DNA of 64,000 nucleotides, taken from Convolutriloba macropyga (lineage: Eukaryota). The notes beneath the pieces were generated by a model. It made no database searches. It was not told the DNA's origin and saw only the letters and a list, made by a program, of their open reading frames with translations. The DNA is taken from contig NC_134477.1 in NCBI RefSeq assembly GCF_964194025.1, positions 55,614,001-55,678,000 on the forward strand, written 5' to 3'. A program made the translations under genes and the position numbers. Of the stretch, positions 10,718 through 23,837 are shown one piece after another (position 1 is the first letter of the stretch; every line of letters begins with the position of its first letter).

Positions 10718-13700
10718 AATATTGTTTTGATTATAACAACTGCAAATTTCAATAAATAAATTAATAGTGTCTTTGATGTACGCAACAACTTTGCATCTAC
10801 TATTTTGAGAAGTCGTGAAAAGGCATTGAAATTAATTAATTAGAAGAAAAATAGTAGAACCATTTTAAAGAAGTATCAACTTTTAGTAAGGATTTGTGAA
10901 ATTTGAACGAGAGAGCAAAAAATTTGTGACAATACCACAAAAAACAAGTTTGGGGAATGCCTCGCCAACTTTTTTAATGAAAACTATGGTTCTTCAAATC
11001 AATTTCAAATTTCTGTGCGAAATTCAGTTTAATTTTCAATTCACAATCTCAACAACTTTTAAATTCAAAAACCATGTATTTTTATCTCGCCTTAGTACCA
11101 CAAAAACCCTTTCCAAGTCAGGATATTTTTCTTAAAAAATTTTTATTCTCATTTATTAACTAAAAAATGCATTAGCAGCAGGAGAGATAAAGAATTTTAG
11201 TCTGTCCTAACTGAAAAAATGGGTGTTCTCTATCTGGTCCGATATTAAATCACGTTTTATTTCCCTTGTGGTAATGTTGAGAGGTTTAAATTCGAGTAAA
11301 CAAAAAATTTTCAGCTAGGAAGACATTTTTTATTGAGTTCGGAACAAAATTCCTGTTTAATTTTTGTATTCTGTGTGTGTTTATTCTCCTTCTGCAGTAT
11401 AATAGCCTCCTGTACGCAATTAATCATATCTTTTACATAGTAGACCTGGTACTTGGTGACAGCAAAATCAAAGCAATTAAATTTTTAGGTGGATTTAGGT
11501 AGAAAATTTCCGTAATTTCACAATTTCACAAGGTTTATTCAAGTAATGTAGTCTGACGGCACGAGTGGTTACCTTATTTGAAACATTTACTTTTGGGTAA
11601 TTTCGAAACCTGATTTCGTCACTTTTACCTGATATATTTTACCTGAGTCATTTTTATAGATCTGTTCTGTTACAGTACCTCGATACGGGATTTTTTGTTC
11701 ATGAAATGTCTATTTTAATTCTGTGACGTCACTGTACCCCGTCTCAACCATATATCATGTAGTTTATTTAAAATGGATTATATTTAAGACCTTAACATAA
11801 ATGATTTTAAAATCTTTTTTCTTATACGCTTTAAAATCACAAAAGTAATATGTACAAAAATCTTTGGCGATTACTTAAACCCATGGCGTCTTGAGACCCC
11901 TTTTCTGAATAGATTATTTGGATATTTTACATCTATTCCTCCCATTACGTTATCACACCCTCAGTTACGGAGCATGCGCTATTACGTAAACGTTCCTTAT
12001 GTAAAATCACAAATAACAACCACCAACTGATCTTTGGGGCACAAACAGACAAGATTTGATCTTTCCTTTTGTTCGCTGACACGGAATTTTTCTTCTTGGC
12101 TGCTTATTGAGGCAATCTTCCAGATGCATATACAAATAATCTCGTAATTTTTGTAAATTAACATAAATACAAATCTAGTAGCTGCTGTTCCGTCAAACAA
12201 GTTTCTTTTTTAAAGAAGTCCTTGAAACTGGTGGCTAGCTGTCATGCGGGCTTCCAAAAAACTGAATCGGAACTCTGAAACAATCTGTGGGTAAAGAAAC
12301 TATTTGATAAAAGTTTTGCTGTTTCATTCTTGAATCTTCCCCTTATACAAATGGTAAGTCTCCCTAAGTAAAGTTATTTTAGCTATTCAAAATTCGCAAT
12401 TCTGAGCAGCTCACTTAGTGTAGAACCGTTTGCAATTTAAGTGCTGCAACTTGCTGTATAATGATCTGCTTGCTTACTTTTTTATTCAGTTTAAACAAGA
12501 TTCTCTCTGAATTGGCCATAATCCTTGCGTGTTGAAAACTAAGACGCACTTTGATTATCTCAATTATCCTAACTTAAAGAGGCTTATCAGTTGTATAAAT
12601 GAAAAGATTCAGGAATGAAAGAGCAGCATTTTTTTATCTACAAGTCTGTTTACCAACAGATTTTAGCCGTTTAAGCGCAATGTTTTTAATGTAATATTGT
12701 TTTTTCATTTGATGCGTGTTGTAATTATTTTGATTGTAACAACTGCAAATTTCAGCAAATACTTTTTTTATGTCTTTGATGTACGCAACTACTTTGCATC
12801 TACTAATTTGAGAAGTCGTGAAAAGGCATTGAAATTAAATAATTAGAAGAAAAATAAGAGAATCATTATAAAGAAGTATCAACTTTAGTAAGGATTTTTG
12901 AAATTTGAACGAGAGAGCAAAAAATTTGTGACAATACCACAAAAAACAAGTTTGAGGAATGCCTCGCCAATTTATTAATGAAAAATATGGTTCTTCAAAT
13001 TAATTTCAAAATTCTGTGCGAAATTCAGTTTAATTTTCAATTCACAATCTCAACAACTTTTAAATTCAAAAACCATGTCTTTTTTTCTCGCCTTGATACC
13101 ACAAAAACCCTTTTCAAGTCAGGATATTTTTCTTAAAAAATTTTTATCCTCATTTATTAACTAAAAATGCATTAGCAGCAGGAGAGATAAATAAATTTAG
13201 TCTGTACTAACTGAAAAAATGGGTGTTCTCTATCTGGTCCGATATTAATTCACGTTTTATTTCACTTGTGGTAAGGTTGAGAGGTTTAAATGCGAGTAAA
13301 CATAAAGTTTTCAGCTAAGAAGACATTTTTTATTGAGTTCGGAGCAAAATTCCTGTTTGATTTTTTTATTCTGTGTGTGTTTATTCTCCTTCTGCAGTAT
13401 AATAGCCTCCTGTACGCAATTAATCATATCTTTTACATAGTAGACCTGGTACTTGGTGACAGCAAAAACAAAGCAATTAAATTTTTATGTGGATTTAGGC
13501 ACAAAATTTCCGTAATTTCACAAGGTTTATTCGAGTAATGTAGTCTGACGGCACGAGTGGTTACCTTATTTAAAACATTTACTTTTGGGCAATTTCGAAA
13601 CCTGATTTCGTCACTTTTACCTGATATATTTTACCTGAGTCATTTTTATAGATCTGTTCTGTTACAGTACCTCGATACGGGATTTTTTGTTCATGAAATG

Positions 13701-16700
13701 TCTATTTTAATTCTGTGACGCCACTGTACCCCGTCTCAACCATATATCATGTAGTTTATTTAAAATGGATTATATATAAGACCTTAACATAAATGATTTT
13801 AAAATCTTTTTTGCTTATACGCTTGAAAATCAGAAAAGTTATATGTACAAAAATCTTTGGCGGTTACTTAAACCCATGGCGTCTTGAGACCCTTTTTCTG
13901 AATAGATTATTCGGATATTTTACATCTATTCCTCCCATTACGTTATCACACCCTCAGTTACGGAGCGAGCGCTATTACGTAAAAGTTCCTTATGTAAAAT
14001 CACAAATAACATCCACCAACTGATCTTTGGGGCACAAACAGACAAGATTTGATCTTTACTATTGTTCACTGAGACGGAATTTTTCTTCTTGGCTGCTTAT
14101 TTATTGAGGCAATCTTCCAGATGCATATACAAATAATCTCGTAATTTTTGTAAATTAATATAAAAACAAATCTAGTAGCTGTTGTTCCGTCAAACAAGTT
14201 TCTTTTTTAAAGAAGTCCTTGAAACTGGTGGCTAGCTGTCATGCGGGCTTCCAAAAAACTAAATCGGAACTCTGCAACAATCTGTGGGTAAACAAACTGT
14301 TTGATAAAAGTTTTCCTGTTTCCTTTTTGAATCTTCCCCTTATACAAATGGTAAGTCTCCCTAAGTAAAGTTTTTTTAGCTATTCAAAATTCGCAATTCT
14401 GAGCAGCTCACTTAGTGTAGAACCGTTTGCAATTTAAGTGCTGCAACCTACTGTATAATGATCTGCTTGCTTACCTTTTTATTCAATTTAAACAAGATTT
14501 TCTCTGAATTGGCCATAATCCTTGCGTGTTGAAAACTAAGACGCACTTTGATTATCTCAATTATCCTAACTTGAAGAGGCTTATCAGTTGTATAAATGAA
14601 AAGATTCAGGATTTAAAGAGCAGCATTTTTTATCAAAAAGTCTGTTTACCAACAGATTTTAGCCGTTTAAGCGCAATGTTATTAAGGTAATATTGTTTTT
14701 TCATTTGATGCGTGTTGTAATTATTTTGATTGTAACAACTGCAAATTTCAGCAAATACTTCTTTTATGTCTTTGATGTACGCAACTATTTTGCGTCTACT
14801 ATTTTGAGAAGTCGTGAAACGGCATTGAAATTAAATAATTAGAAAGAAAAATAAGAGAACGATTATACAGAAGTACCAACTTTTAGTAAGGATTTGTGAA
14901 ATTTGAACGAGAGAGCAAAAAATTTGTGACAATACCACAAAAAAACAAGTTTGAGGAATGCCTCGCCAATTTTTTTTTAAAAAAATATGGTTCTTCAAAT
15001 TAATTTCAAAATTCTGTGCGATATTCAGTTTAATTTTCAATTCACAATCTCAACAACTTTTAAATTCAAAAACCATGTTTTTTTTCTCGCCTTAGTACCA
15101 CAAGAACCCTTTCCAAGTCAGGATATTTTTCTTAAAAAATATTTACTCTCATTTATTAAATAAAAAACGCATTAGCAGCAGGAGAGATAAATAAATTTAG
15201 TCTGTAATAATAGAAAAAATGGGTGTTCTTTATCTGTTCCTATATTAAATCACGTTTTATTTCCTTTGTGGTAATGTTGAGAGGTTTAAGTTCGAGTAAA
15301 CAAAAAGTTTTCAGCTAAGAAGACATTTTTTATTGAGTTTAGAGCAAAATTCCTGTTTGATTTTTGTATTCTGTGTGTGTTTATTCTCCTGCAGTATAAT
15401 AGCCTCCTGTACGCAATTAATCATACCTCTTACATAGTAGAACTGGTACTTGGTGACAGCAAAAACAAAGCAATTAAATTTTTATGTGGATTAAGGCAGA
15501 AAATTTCCGTAATTTCACAAGGCTTATTCGAGTAATGTATTCTGACGGTACGAGTGGTTACCTTATTTAAAACACTTACTTTTGGGTAATTTCGAAACCT
15601 GATTTCGTCACTTTTATCTGATATATTTTACCTGAGTCATTTTTATAGATCAGTTTTGTTACAGTACCTCGAAACGGGATTTTTTGTTCATGAAATGTCT
15701 GTTTCAATTCTGTGACGCCACTGTACCCCGTCTCAACCATGTATCATGTAGTTTATTTAAAATGGATTATATATAAGACCTTAACATAAATGATTTTAAA
15801 ATCTTTTTTGCTTATACGCTTGAGAATCAGAAAAGTTATATGTACAAAAATCTTTGGCGGTTACTTAAACCCATGGCGTCTTGAGACCCCTTTTCTGAAT
15901 AGATTATTCGGATATTTTACATCTATTCCTCCCATTACGTTATCACACCCTCAGTTACGGAGCGAGCGCTATTACGTAAAAGTTCCTTATGTAAAATCAC
16001 AAATAACATCCACCAACTGATCTTTGGGGCACAAACAGACAAAATTTGATCTTTTCTATTGTTCGCTGACACGGAATTTTTCTTCTTGGCTGCTTATTGA
16101 GGCAATCTTCCAGATGCATATACAAATAATCTCGTAATTTTTGTAAATTAACATAAATACAAATCTATTAGCTGTTGTTCCGTCAAACAAGTTTCTTTTT
16201 TAAAGAAGTTCTTGAAACTGGTGGCTAGCTGTCATGCGGGCTTCCATAAAACTGAATCGGAACTCTGCAACAATTTGTGGGTAAACAAACTATTTGATAA
16301 AATTTTGCTGTTTCATTCTTGAATCTTCCCCTTATACAAATGGTAAGTCTCTCTAAGTAAAGTTATTTTAGCTATTCAAAATTCGCAATTCTGAGCAGCT
16401 CACTTAGTGTAGAACCGTTTGCAATTTAAGTGCTGCAACTTGCTGTATAATGATCTGCTTGCTTACTTTTTTATTCAGTTTAAACAAGATTCTCTCTGAA
16501 TTGGCCATAATCCTTGCGTGTTGAAAACTAAGACGCACTTTGAATATCTCAATTATCCTAACTTAAAGAGGCTTATCAGTTGTATAAATGAAAAGATTCA
16601 GGATTTAAAGAGCAGCATTTTTTATCAAAAAGTCTGTTTACCAACAGATTTTAGCCGTTTAAGCGCAATGTTATTCAGGTAATATTGTTTTTTCATTTGA

Positions 16701-18250
16701 TGCGTGTTGTAATTATTTTGATTGTAACAACTGCAAATTTCAGCAAATACTTTTTCTATGCCTTTGATGTACGCAACTACTTTGCATCTACTATTTTGAG
16801 AAGTCGTGAAAAGGCATTGAAATTAAATAATTAGAAGAAAAATAAGAGAATCATTATAAAGAAGTATCAACTTTGGTAAGGATATATGAAATTTGAACGA
16901 GAAAGCAAAAAATTTGTGACAATACCACAAAAAACAAGTTTGAGGAATGCCTCGCCAACTTTTTTAATGAAAAATATGGTTCTTCAAATTAATTTCAAAA
17001 TTCTGTGCGAAATTCAGTTTAATTTTCAATTCACAATCTCAACAACTTTTAAATTCAAAAACCATGTCTTTTTTTCTCGCCTTAGTACCACAAAAACCCT
17101 TTCCAAGTCAGGATATTTTTCTTAAAAAATTTTTACTCTCATTTATTAACTAATAAATGCATTAGCAGCAGGAGAGATAAATAAATTTAGTCTGTACTAA
17201 CTGAAGAAATGGCTGTTCTCTATCTGGTCCGATAACAAATCACGTTTTATTTCCTTTGTGGTAATGTTGAGAGGTTTAAATTCGAGTAAACAAAAAGTTT
17301 TCAGCACAGAAGACATTTTTTATTGAGTTCGGAACAAAATTCCTGTTTGATTTTTGTATTCTGTGTGTGTTTCTTCTCCTTCTGCAGTATAATAGCCTCC
17401 TGTACGCAATTAATCATATCTTTTACATAGTAGACCTGGTACTTGGTGACAGCAAAAACAAAGCAATTAAATTTTTATGTGGATTTAGGCAGAAAATTTC
17501 CGTAATTTCACAAGGTTTATTCGAGTAATGTAGTCTGACGGTACGAGTGTTTACCTTATTTAAAACATTTACTTTTGGGTAATTTCGAAACCTGATTTCG
17601 TCACTTTTACCTGATATTTTTTACCTGAGTCATTTTTATAGATTAGTTTTGTTACAGTACCTCGAAACGGGATTTTTTGTTCATGAAATGTCTATTTTAA
17701 TTCTGTGAGGTCATTGTACCGCGTCGCAACCATATATCATGTAGTTTATTTAAAATGGATTATATTTAAGACCTTAATATAAATGGTTTTAAAATCTTTT
17801 TTCTTATACGCTTGAAAATCACAAAAGTAATATGTACAAAAATCTTTGGCGATTACTTAAACCCATGGCGTCTTGGGACCCCTTTTCTGAATAGATTATT
17901 CGGATATTTTACCTCTATTCCTCCCATTACGTTATCACACCCTCAGTTACGGAGCACGCGCTATAACGTGAAAGTCCCTTATGAAATGACAAATATAACA
18001 TCGACCAACTGTTTGGGGGCAAACAGACAAGATTTGATCTTTTTTTATTATTCGCTGAGGCGGAATTTTTCTTCTTGGTTGCTTTTGCATGCAATTTCTC
18101 AGGTGAATATAAAAATATTATCGTACTTTTTGTAAAGTAACGTAAATACAAATCTAGTAGCTTTTGTTCCGTGAAACAAGATCCCTCTTGTAAGAAGTCC
18201 TTGGAACTGGTGCTAGCTGGCATGCAAGCTTCCAGAAAACTGAATTGGAG
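10718..18250 (+). repeat. Macrosatellite of ~2.0-kb units, ~3.75 copies
   Basis: aactgcaaatttca anchor at ~10738, 12741, 14737 and 16729. The ORF track repeats the same short peptides at ~2-kb intervals or multiples of it. Confidence 0.97.
12283..12661. mobile_element. ~380-bp imperfect palindromic (MITE-like) module, repeated at ~14280-14657 and ~16273-16649
   Basis: atctgtgggtaaag...ttcattcttgaatcttccccttatacaaatggtaag is inverse to cttatcagttgtataaatgaaaagattcaggaatgaaa...tttaccaacagat. Confidence 0.7.
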
Positions 18251-18559
18251 TTCTTCACACTACAAGTTATGCTTCTGAATTTCCTAGCAGCCGGGTACGA
18301 GTGCTCCAATTTTATACTAGTGCTAGCTGGAAGAACAAAAAACGAAACTAAATTTTAACTAGTTATATGATTTTTAAGTAAATTTAGTGGATTTTATTGA
18401 TGGTTCGAAATGTTGGGGGTGACTTTTTTAAAGTCCCTTTTGATACTGGTTCTATCACCGTAGTTTTCAATTGAGTCAACACGTTGTTTGTATGACATGT
18501 TCACGACATCAACATGGTCGTTATGTAAATGATTTTTTCCTACAGACCCTAGCCAACAA

Positions 18560-18735
18560 GGAATGCTTCCGCCGCCATGACAAGGAATCCTAGTATGGAG
18601 TTTTTTAGTGGTGTAGTTGTTCTTCTTGATCCCTGCAGTAGTAGTTTCATTCCCAGAAATTCTCTAAATTAAGTAGAAAACTTTATCGTTTCCTGTTTGT
18701 TTCCTGTGTTTTGTTATTTTTTCTGACACCAAGTG
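18560..18735 (-). mobile_element. LTR-retrotransposon 5' fragment (tRNA-Leu-type PBS)
   Basis: Minus strand reads ...cact TGGTGTCAGAA (18721-18731), then an A-rich leader and ATGGCGGCGGAAGCA. Confidence 0.4.
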
Positions 18736-20239
18736 ATCTCCATCTTTAATGATAGTGACTTATAAAAGATAGTTTTCATATTGAGGTAAAGGAGGTGTTT
18801 TGAAGAAGTTGTTGCCTCTAAATGTCTTAATGCTTCTTCTATTAAACATGGTATATCTCTTTCTGTTGAGTACTAAAAATGTAAAGAATAAGCATGAAAA
18901 ACAATTATTGGTATAATTTGTTCAAATTTAACAGAGCGAAACACAGTTTCACTCCATTGACACAGCTCGTCTCAAAATTACCAACTACATGTGATTTGAC
19001 TTCAAACTAAAAAAACTACTTTTCATCTTGAACTCAACCTAACAGCAGCCTTCGGTACACTTGATCATATTATAATGGATGTCAGCGTAGGATTCGATGA
19101 TTCTGTTATCTGCTTCCTAAAAAGCAATATTTGTTTTCAGTTCGGTGTGTCTTGAGAAAGTCTGTTCATTTAGGAGGTTGAAATCTAAAGCGGGATACCA
19201 CAAAATTCAATTCTGGCTCTTTTGCTTTCGAGCTTTTGTTCGTTGTCATTAGAGTTCAAGTTCGACTGACTGTAACTCGACTACCACTTTTCAGATAATG
19301 CCGCAAAATAGCGTTAATTCAAGACGTTTTTGACTTGATAATAATAATTAATTCGACCCGCGTTATAGAAATCTTTTAGCGGCGTCAAACTACAACTGAA
19401 TAAGAAAAAAAAAACATTTCGTGAAAATTTTTTGCAAAAAAATTTTTTTAATACCAGATCGCGTAATCTCAGAACCTTCCATGTTTTCAAATAATGTTTT
19501 ACTTCTTGGATTGGAGGCAAGTTTGTTTTTAATTTTTCATCCAATCAGTTTATTTAATCGCGTCTGCTACTGCATGTTATACAGATCTATTCTACCAGAA
19601 ACTAATTTGATAAGAATGTAATAATAGAGCTGGTGTGATTAGTCAATTTTGCGTGGCTTGAATATAATATCTCGCTAGATTTTGGTTTTCCTGCTTTTGT
19701 TACTCAGAGGTTAAAACTTATAATGTTATCTTCCTGAAGGCTGATACTTCAAACGTCGTCTGGAAAAGCAACGTGAAATTATTCAAGCAACAGCACTGGA
19801 TAACTGAATACAAATTTTTTTTATTCAAAGTACTTCTCTTTGACCAGCGTTCATTTGACCACTCTCAACAATCTCCAGAAAACCTGAGCAAATCTTTTCT
19901 TCGTTAGGATAAAAATATAGGAAGCCAGAAAATATATAACTTTTAAAGACCTTCTGTTAAAACTGCTTTTGAAAAGACAAAAGAGAATTTTCAGGAAAGG
20001 AATTTTGAAAGGAATTTTCAGTCCTACAGTTCCTCCTGAGAGGAATTGAAAATCAATCCAATTGAAGCTGTCACCATATAACCTTATACTAGTAAAAACT
20101 GAAAATTTGGATAATATGTATCGAAACAGTTTTAAATAATGAAATGGTGCTAAGAGGAATGCTTAAAGTAATAAAAATAAATAATGATAATGATAACAAT
20201 AATAATAAAGGTAGTACTAATAATAGTAATAATCAAGAT

Positions 20240-22726
20240 TTAAAAAAAAATAATGAGCCCAAAGCTCAGTACAAATCGACAAGAGATGTTAAATTATTAA
20301 GCTCAACTTCATGCGTTCCTTTTTTAGTAATAATTTGAACTGACGGAACTTCCAGTCATCACGTGTAAGTTTCTTTCGAGCAAATCAGTTTTCGTTGTTA
20401 TTCAGGTGAAAACTTGTTGCGGCAGTCTTCAGATTGTGAGATGAAATCTTTGAATAGGTTACTTCTTTCGTTCAAATTGTTTGTGTTGTTTTTCTTTGTA
20501 TAATCAATGTACGCATATTGTGTTAGGATAGCGCAAGTTAAAGGTGACTTTAGTTTCCAGCTGAAGGAAGCAGCATAGATAAACAATTTTTTTTGGAAAC
20601 ATTTGGCATGAGACTGTTCTGCATCTCCTAGATACGTTTGTCTTATCCTTCTACTTTAAAGCTCTATTACCTACCATTTACTATTTGCATTACAGTTACG
20701 CAATTGCCGTTGGTGTTCTCTGTTTTTTTTCGAGAAAACAATTTAACATCCCCTAGCAGGCTTTTCCTATTCTCCCTCAGAATTAAAGTCTTCTATGGAA
20801 AGGAACAATGAAACATTCAGTGTTATTCGGTAATTTATATTTTCGGTTTTTATATTTAGTGAAGAAAAATGTGGAAATCCATTGTTTTGAGCCCCAAAAT
20901 TTTAGTGTATCAAGATTTTACCAAAACAAATTTGCAGATGAAGGACTATTTAGTATTGATCAATTATTACGTGATAACGTGATCAAACATTACTATATAT
21001 AAGCAGCTCAATTTTTACAGTAGAAAAATTTTTAACAAGGCTTCTTATATTTGAAAGAAGATAGTGGCATTTCGGAATTATTCTTTATAATGACGTATAA
21101 TTGGAATCTTGGACAAATGCATGTGCAATTTTTTAGTCCAAATGCTACCAACAGGTATTTTAGTATCCTAGTTACCCAATATTCAACAGATTTTGGAAAA
21201 CTGCGTTTTTAAAGATGCGACCTTATGTTGAACAGTTATCTTTTCAGGACATTTTGGGTGCTAAATGATAACCCTTCAAAAAGAAGGAATGGTTCTATTA
21301 GCAACTGCCGTTCATCCAATTTCCAAGTAGAATAAAAAATCTGTTGTTGAGAAATTACCAGCTTTTAAAAAGCAAAAGTTGCTTTTCGAAAGCGTTCATC
21401 TGACAAGCTTTTGGACTTTGTCATAACTTTCAAAAACATACCCAGTCAAATTCTAGCAAATATAATTCTTAAAATGTCAAACTATGAAGAAATTTGTTTC
21501 ATATAACGGGATTAAAGTATAATAAAGCTTAACCAACATATTGTCTACAGAAATTGAGAACTGACCAACACTGCATTTTAATTAGAGAATTTTCAAAAGT
21601 AAAATAATCCTGCAGATATTGATACCGCATAGAACACGTTTCTAGCAGCCGAGTTAAAAAATGGGTTTTCTTGTTCTGCTTTAAAAAACGTAAAAACTCA
21701 CATATGTCTCTTTATAACGAAATATCTTGAATCTGAAGAGAAAGAAAAAACGGAGCGTCTATTTTCAAAAACAAAGAAGTCACAAGAGTTTAGCATTTGT
21801 AATGACGCCCAAGTACTTGTGTACAAGGAAACAGCACTAAAGAATGAAAACCGCATCATTGGAATCTCATGCAGGCAAAGAAGAACGTCAGTTGCCAATA
21901 CATGAAAGCAGAGACACTCCAGACTTTGAATTCAACATAAATTCAGTACTAAAAATAAAAATATTTACATGAATATTTTTATCGACGTTTTGTTGAAAAT
22001 CAATGATTAGGAAAGAGCGTGAAATGTTGTTTGCGGCACTTAACTTTGTATGAGTTGAGACAAATAATTGAAAACTTACAATAATCATGACGCTTTTTGC
22101 GTAATTATTTCCCAATAATCTTTTAACCATCTTCAAAGCATCATTGCATCAACTATCCCTTTATAGTCAATTTCTATTACAGCAATTGAGAATCCCGAAG
22201 ACAACCACATCATATGTAAATTCCAAATCGCTTTTAGGAAGTTTCTATGAACTGATTTAACAACCATGAAAGAGCAAATATGTTTTTCACAATTAGATTA
22301 GGCTCGATAAGTTTATATAAGTGGCTCGATATAAAGGCTGCTTTTGGTAGTCCTCGCCAACATATACTACCATCTAATCTGAAGGGACTGAGCATCATGT
22401 TCTCATCTGTATAAACATCTTAGTGGCGGTCTCAGAAATTTTAATCACTTTTCCCAGTCAATTTAACCGATCGTTGCTCCTGTTTACAATTTAAGCCATC
22501 TTCTTTTGGCTAACTATCGGTTGCATTAACAGCTTGTAAATGAGACAAAACGTAAATGATCTTATCTAGGCTGATGAACCGATTGTTTAATTCGTCTAAG
22601 ACTACAATTTCACTAGAGTGAGCTTTTCAGCTCAATATTGGACACTCTAAAAAAAAACGGTTTGAGGATGCAAAACTCCAACAAAACTGTATTCATGAGA
22701 GATGCCCGAAAAATGGCTTGTGATGA
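20240..22726 (+). repeat. Duplicated segment, copy 1
   Basis: Matches 23838-26576. Both copies end at aaatggcttgtgatga. Confidence 0.95.
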
Positions 22727-23437
22727 CAGAGGTGTCAGAGGCCTTCGCAATCTGTTGGCATCTAGGCCTGAAGGGCCATGGCTTCCATGCGACTTCATGG
22801 CAGATTTTCTAACACTTCAGGCCTTGAATTTTTTGAAATATAGGTTGATGTTATATTACAGTTTTGGATTGACCAATGGATTTTTTAATTTTGCTGTGAG
22901 TGGTTATTGCTTGTTGTTGCTCGCGATAGATATCAAGGGCTTTTTTCTTGTCAACTTTGTTACTTAGATAAAGGTCACCACATTTTAATCCTTCAATAAG
23001 ACTTCGAATTGCATTGCAAATTTTTCTTGCTGACATGTATTAGTCAGATTCTATTTATTCATCAATAGATCGTTTTGTTTTAGTTCTGCTCATAGGTTCC
23101 TGGACAGCTTTTGCTTCAAGAAACAAGCAATCTCTGTCCCAATTTATCCATTGATCTGACCGTACTTCAATGATTTTGTTATTTGCGGCATCATTCTATG
23201 TTCTCGTTCGTGCAAAATTGGGATGACACATCACCATTGCGAGATACATCGCCATTTTTGCGTTAAAAATCATTGAACAACTTGTTTGCGGATGCTGTTC
23301 ATTGATTTTTTCCCTTTTTTCATGACCTCTTTTTTGCTTTCCTCGAGGTTGAATCAGTAGTTGCAGGGATCAAGAAAAGCTTTCATAAAAGCTTTTAATG
23401 TCTGACTATCAACCATTACGCAGCAACAGAGAAATGT
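22690..23437 (-). pseudogene. CRE/HERO-type non-LTR retrotransposon, pre-RT and RT N-terminal fragment
   Basis: QWINWDRDCLFLEAKAVQ..MSARKICNAIRSL..KSAMKSHGSHGPSGLDANRLRR. The GPSGLDA motif is characteristic of this group. Confidence 0.75.
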
Positions 23438-23659
23438 NNNNNNNNNNNNNNNNNNNNNNNNNNNNNNNNNNNNNNNNNNNNNNNNNNNNNNNNNNNNNNN
23501 NNNNNNNNNNNNNNNNNNNNNNNNNNNNNNNNNNNNNNNNNNNNNNNNNNNNNNNNNNNNNNNNNNNNNNNNNNNNNNNNNNNNNNNNNNNNNNNNNNNN
23601 NNNNNNNNNNNNNNNNNNNNNNNNNNNNNNNNNNNNNNNNNNNNNNNNNNNNNNNNNNN
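23438..23659. other. Assembly gap (222 N)
   Basis: N run. Confidence 1.
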
Positions 23660-23800
23660 ATAATAATGCTAATAATAAAAATAAAATAACATTAATAATA
23701 ACAATAATAATAGTTATAATAATAATAATAAAAATAAACTATAAGAAATATAATAAAGATAATAATAATATTGATAGTGATAACAATAATAATAAATATA
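23660..23800. repeat. (AAT)n-rich low-complexity tract
   Basis: Degenerate aat repeats. A similar tract lies at 20168-20233. Confidence 0.85.
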
Positions 23801-23837
23801 GAACTAATTTTAGTAAAAATTAAGTCCTAAAAACAGA

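Noticed and set aside
10427-10759. 110-aa plus-strand ORF
   Set aside because: Antisense shadow of the REL fragment.
10896-18223. Recurrent short ORFs in the 2-kb units as a gene family
   Set aside because: They open and close between copies and show no recognisable motif.
23398-23823. 141-aa ORF
   Set aside because: Artefact of the N gap and the AAT tract.
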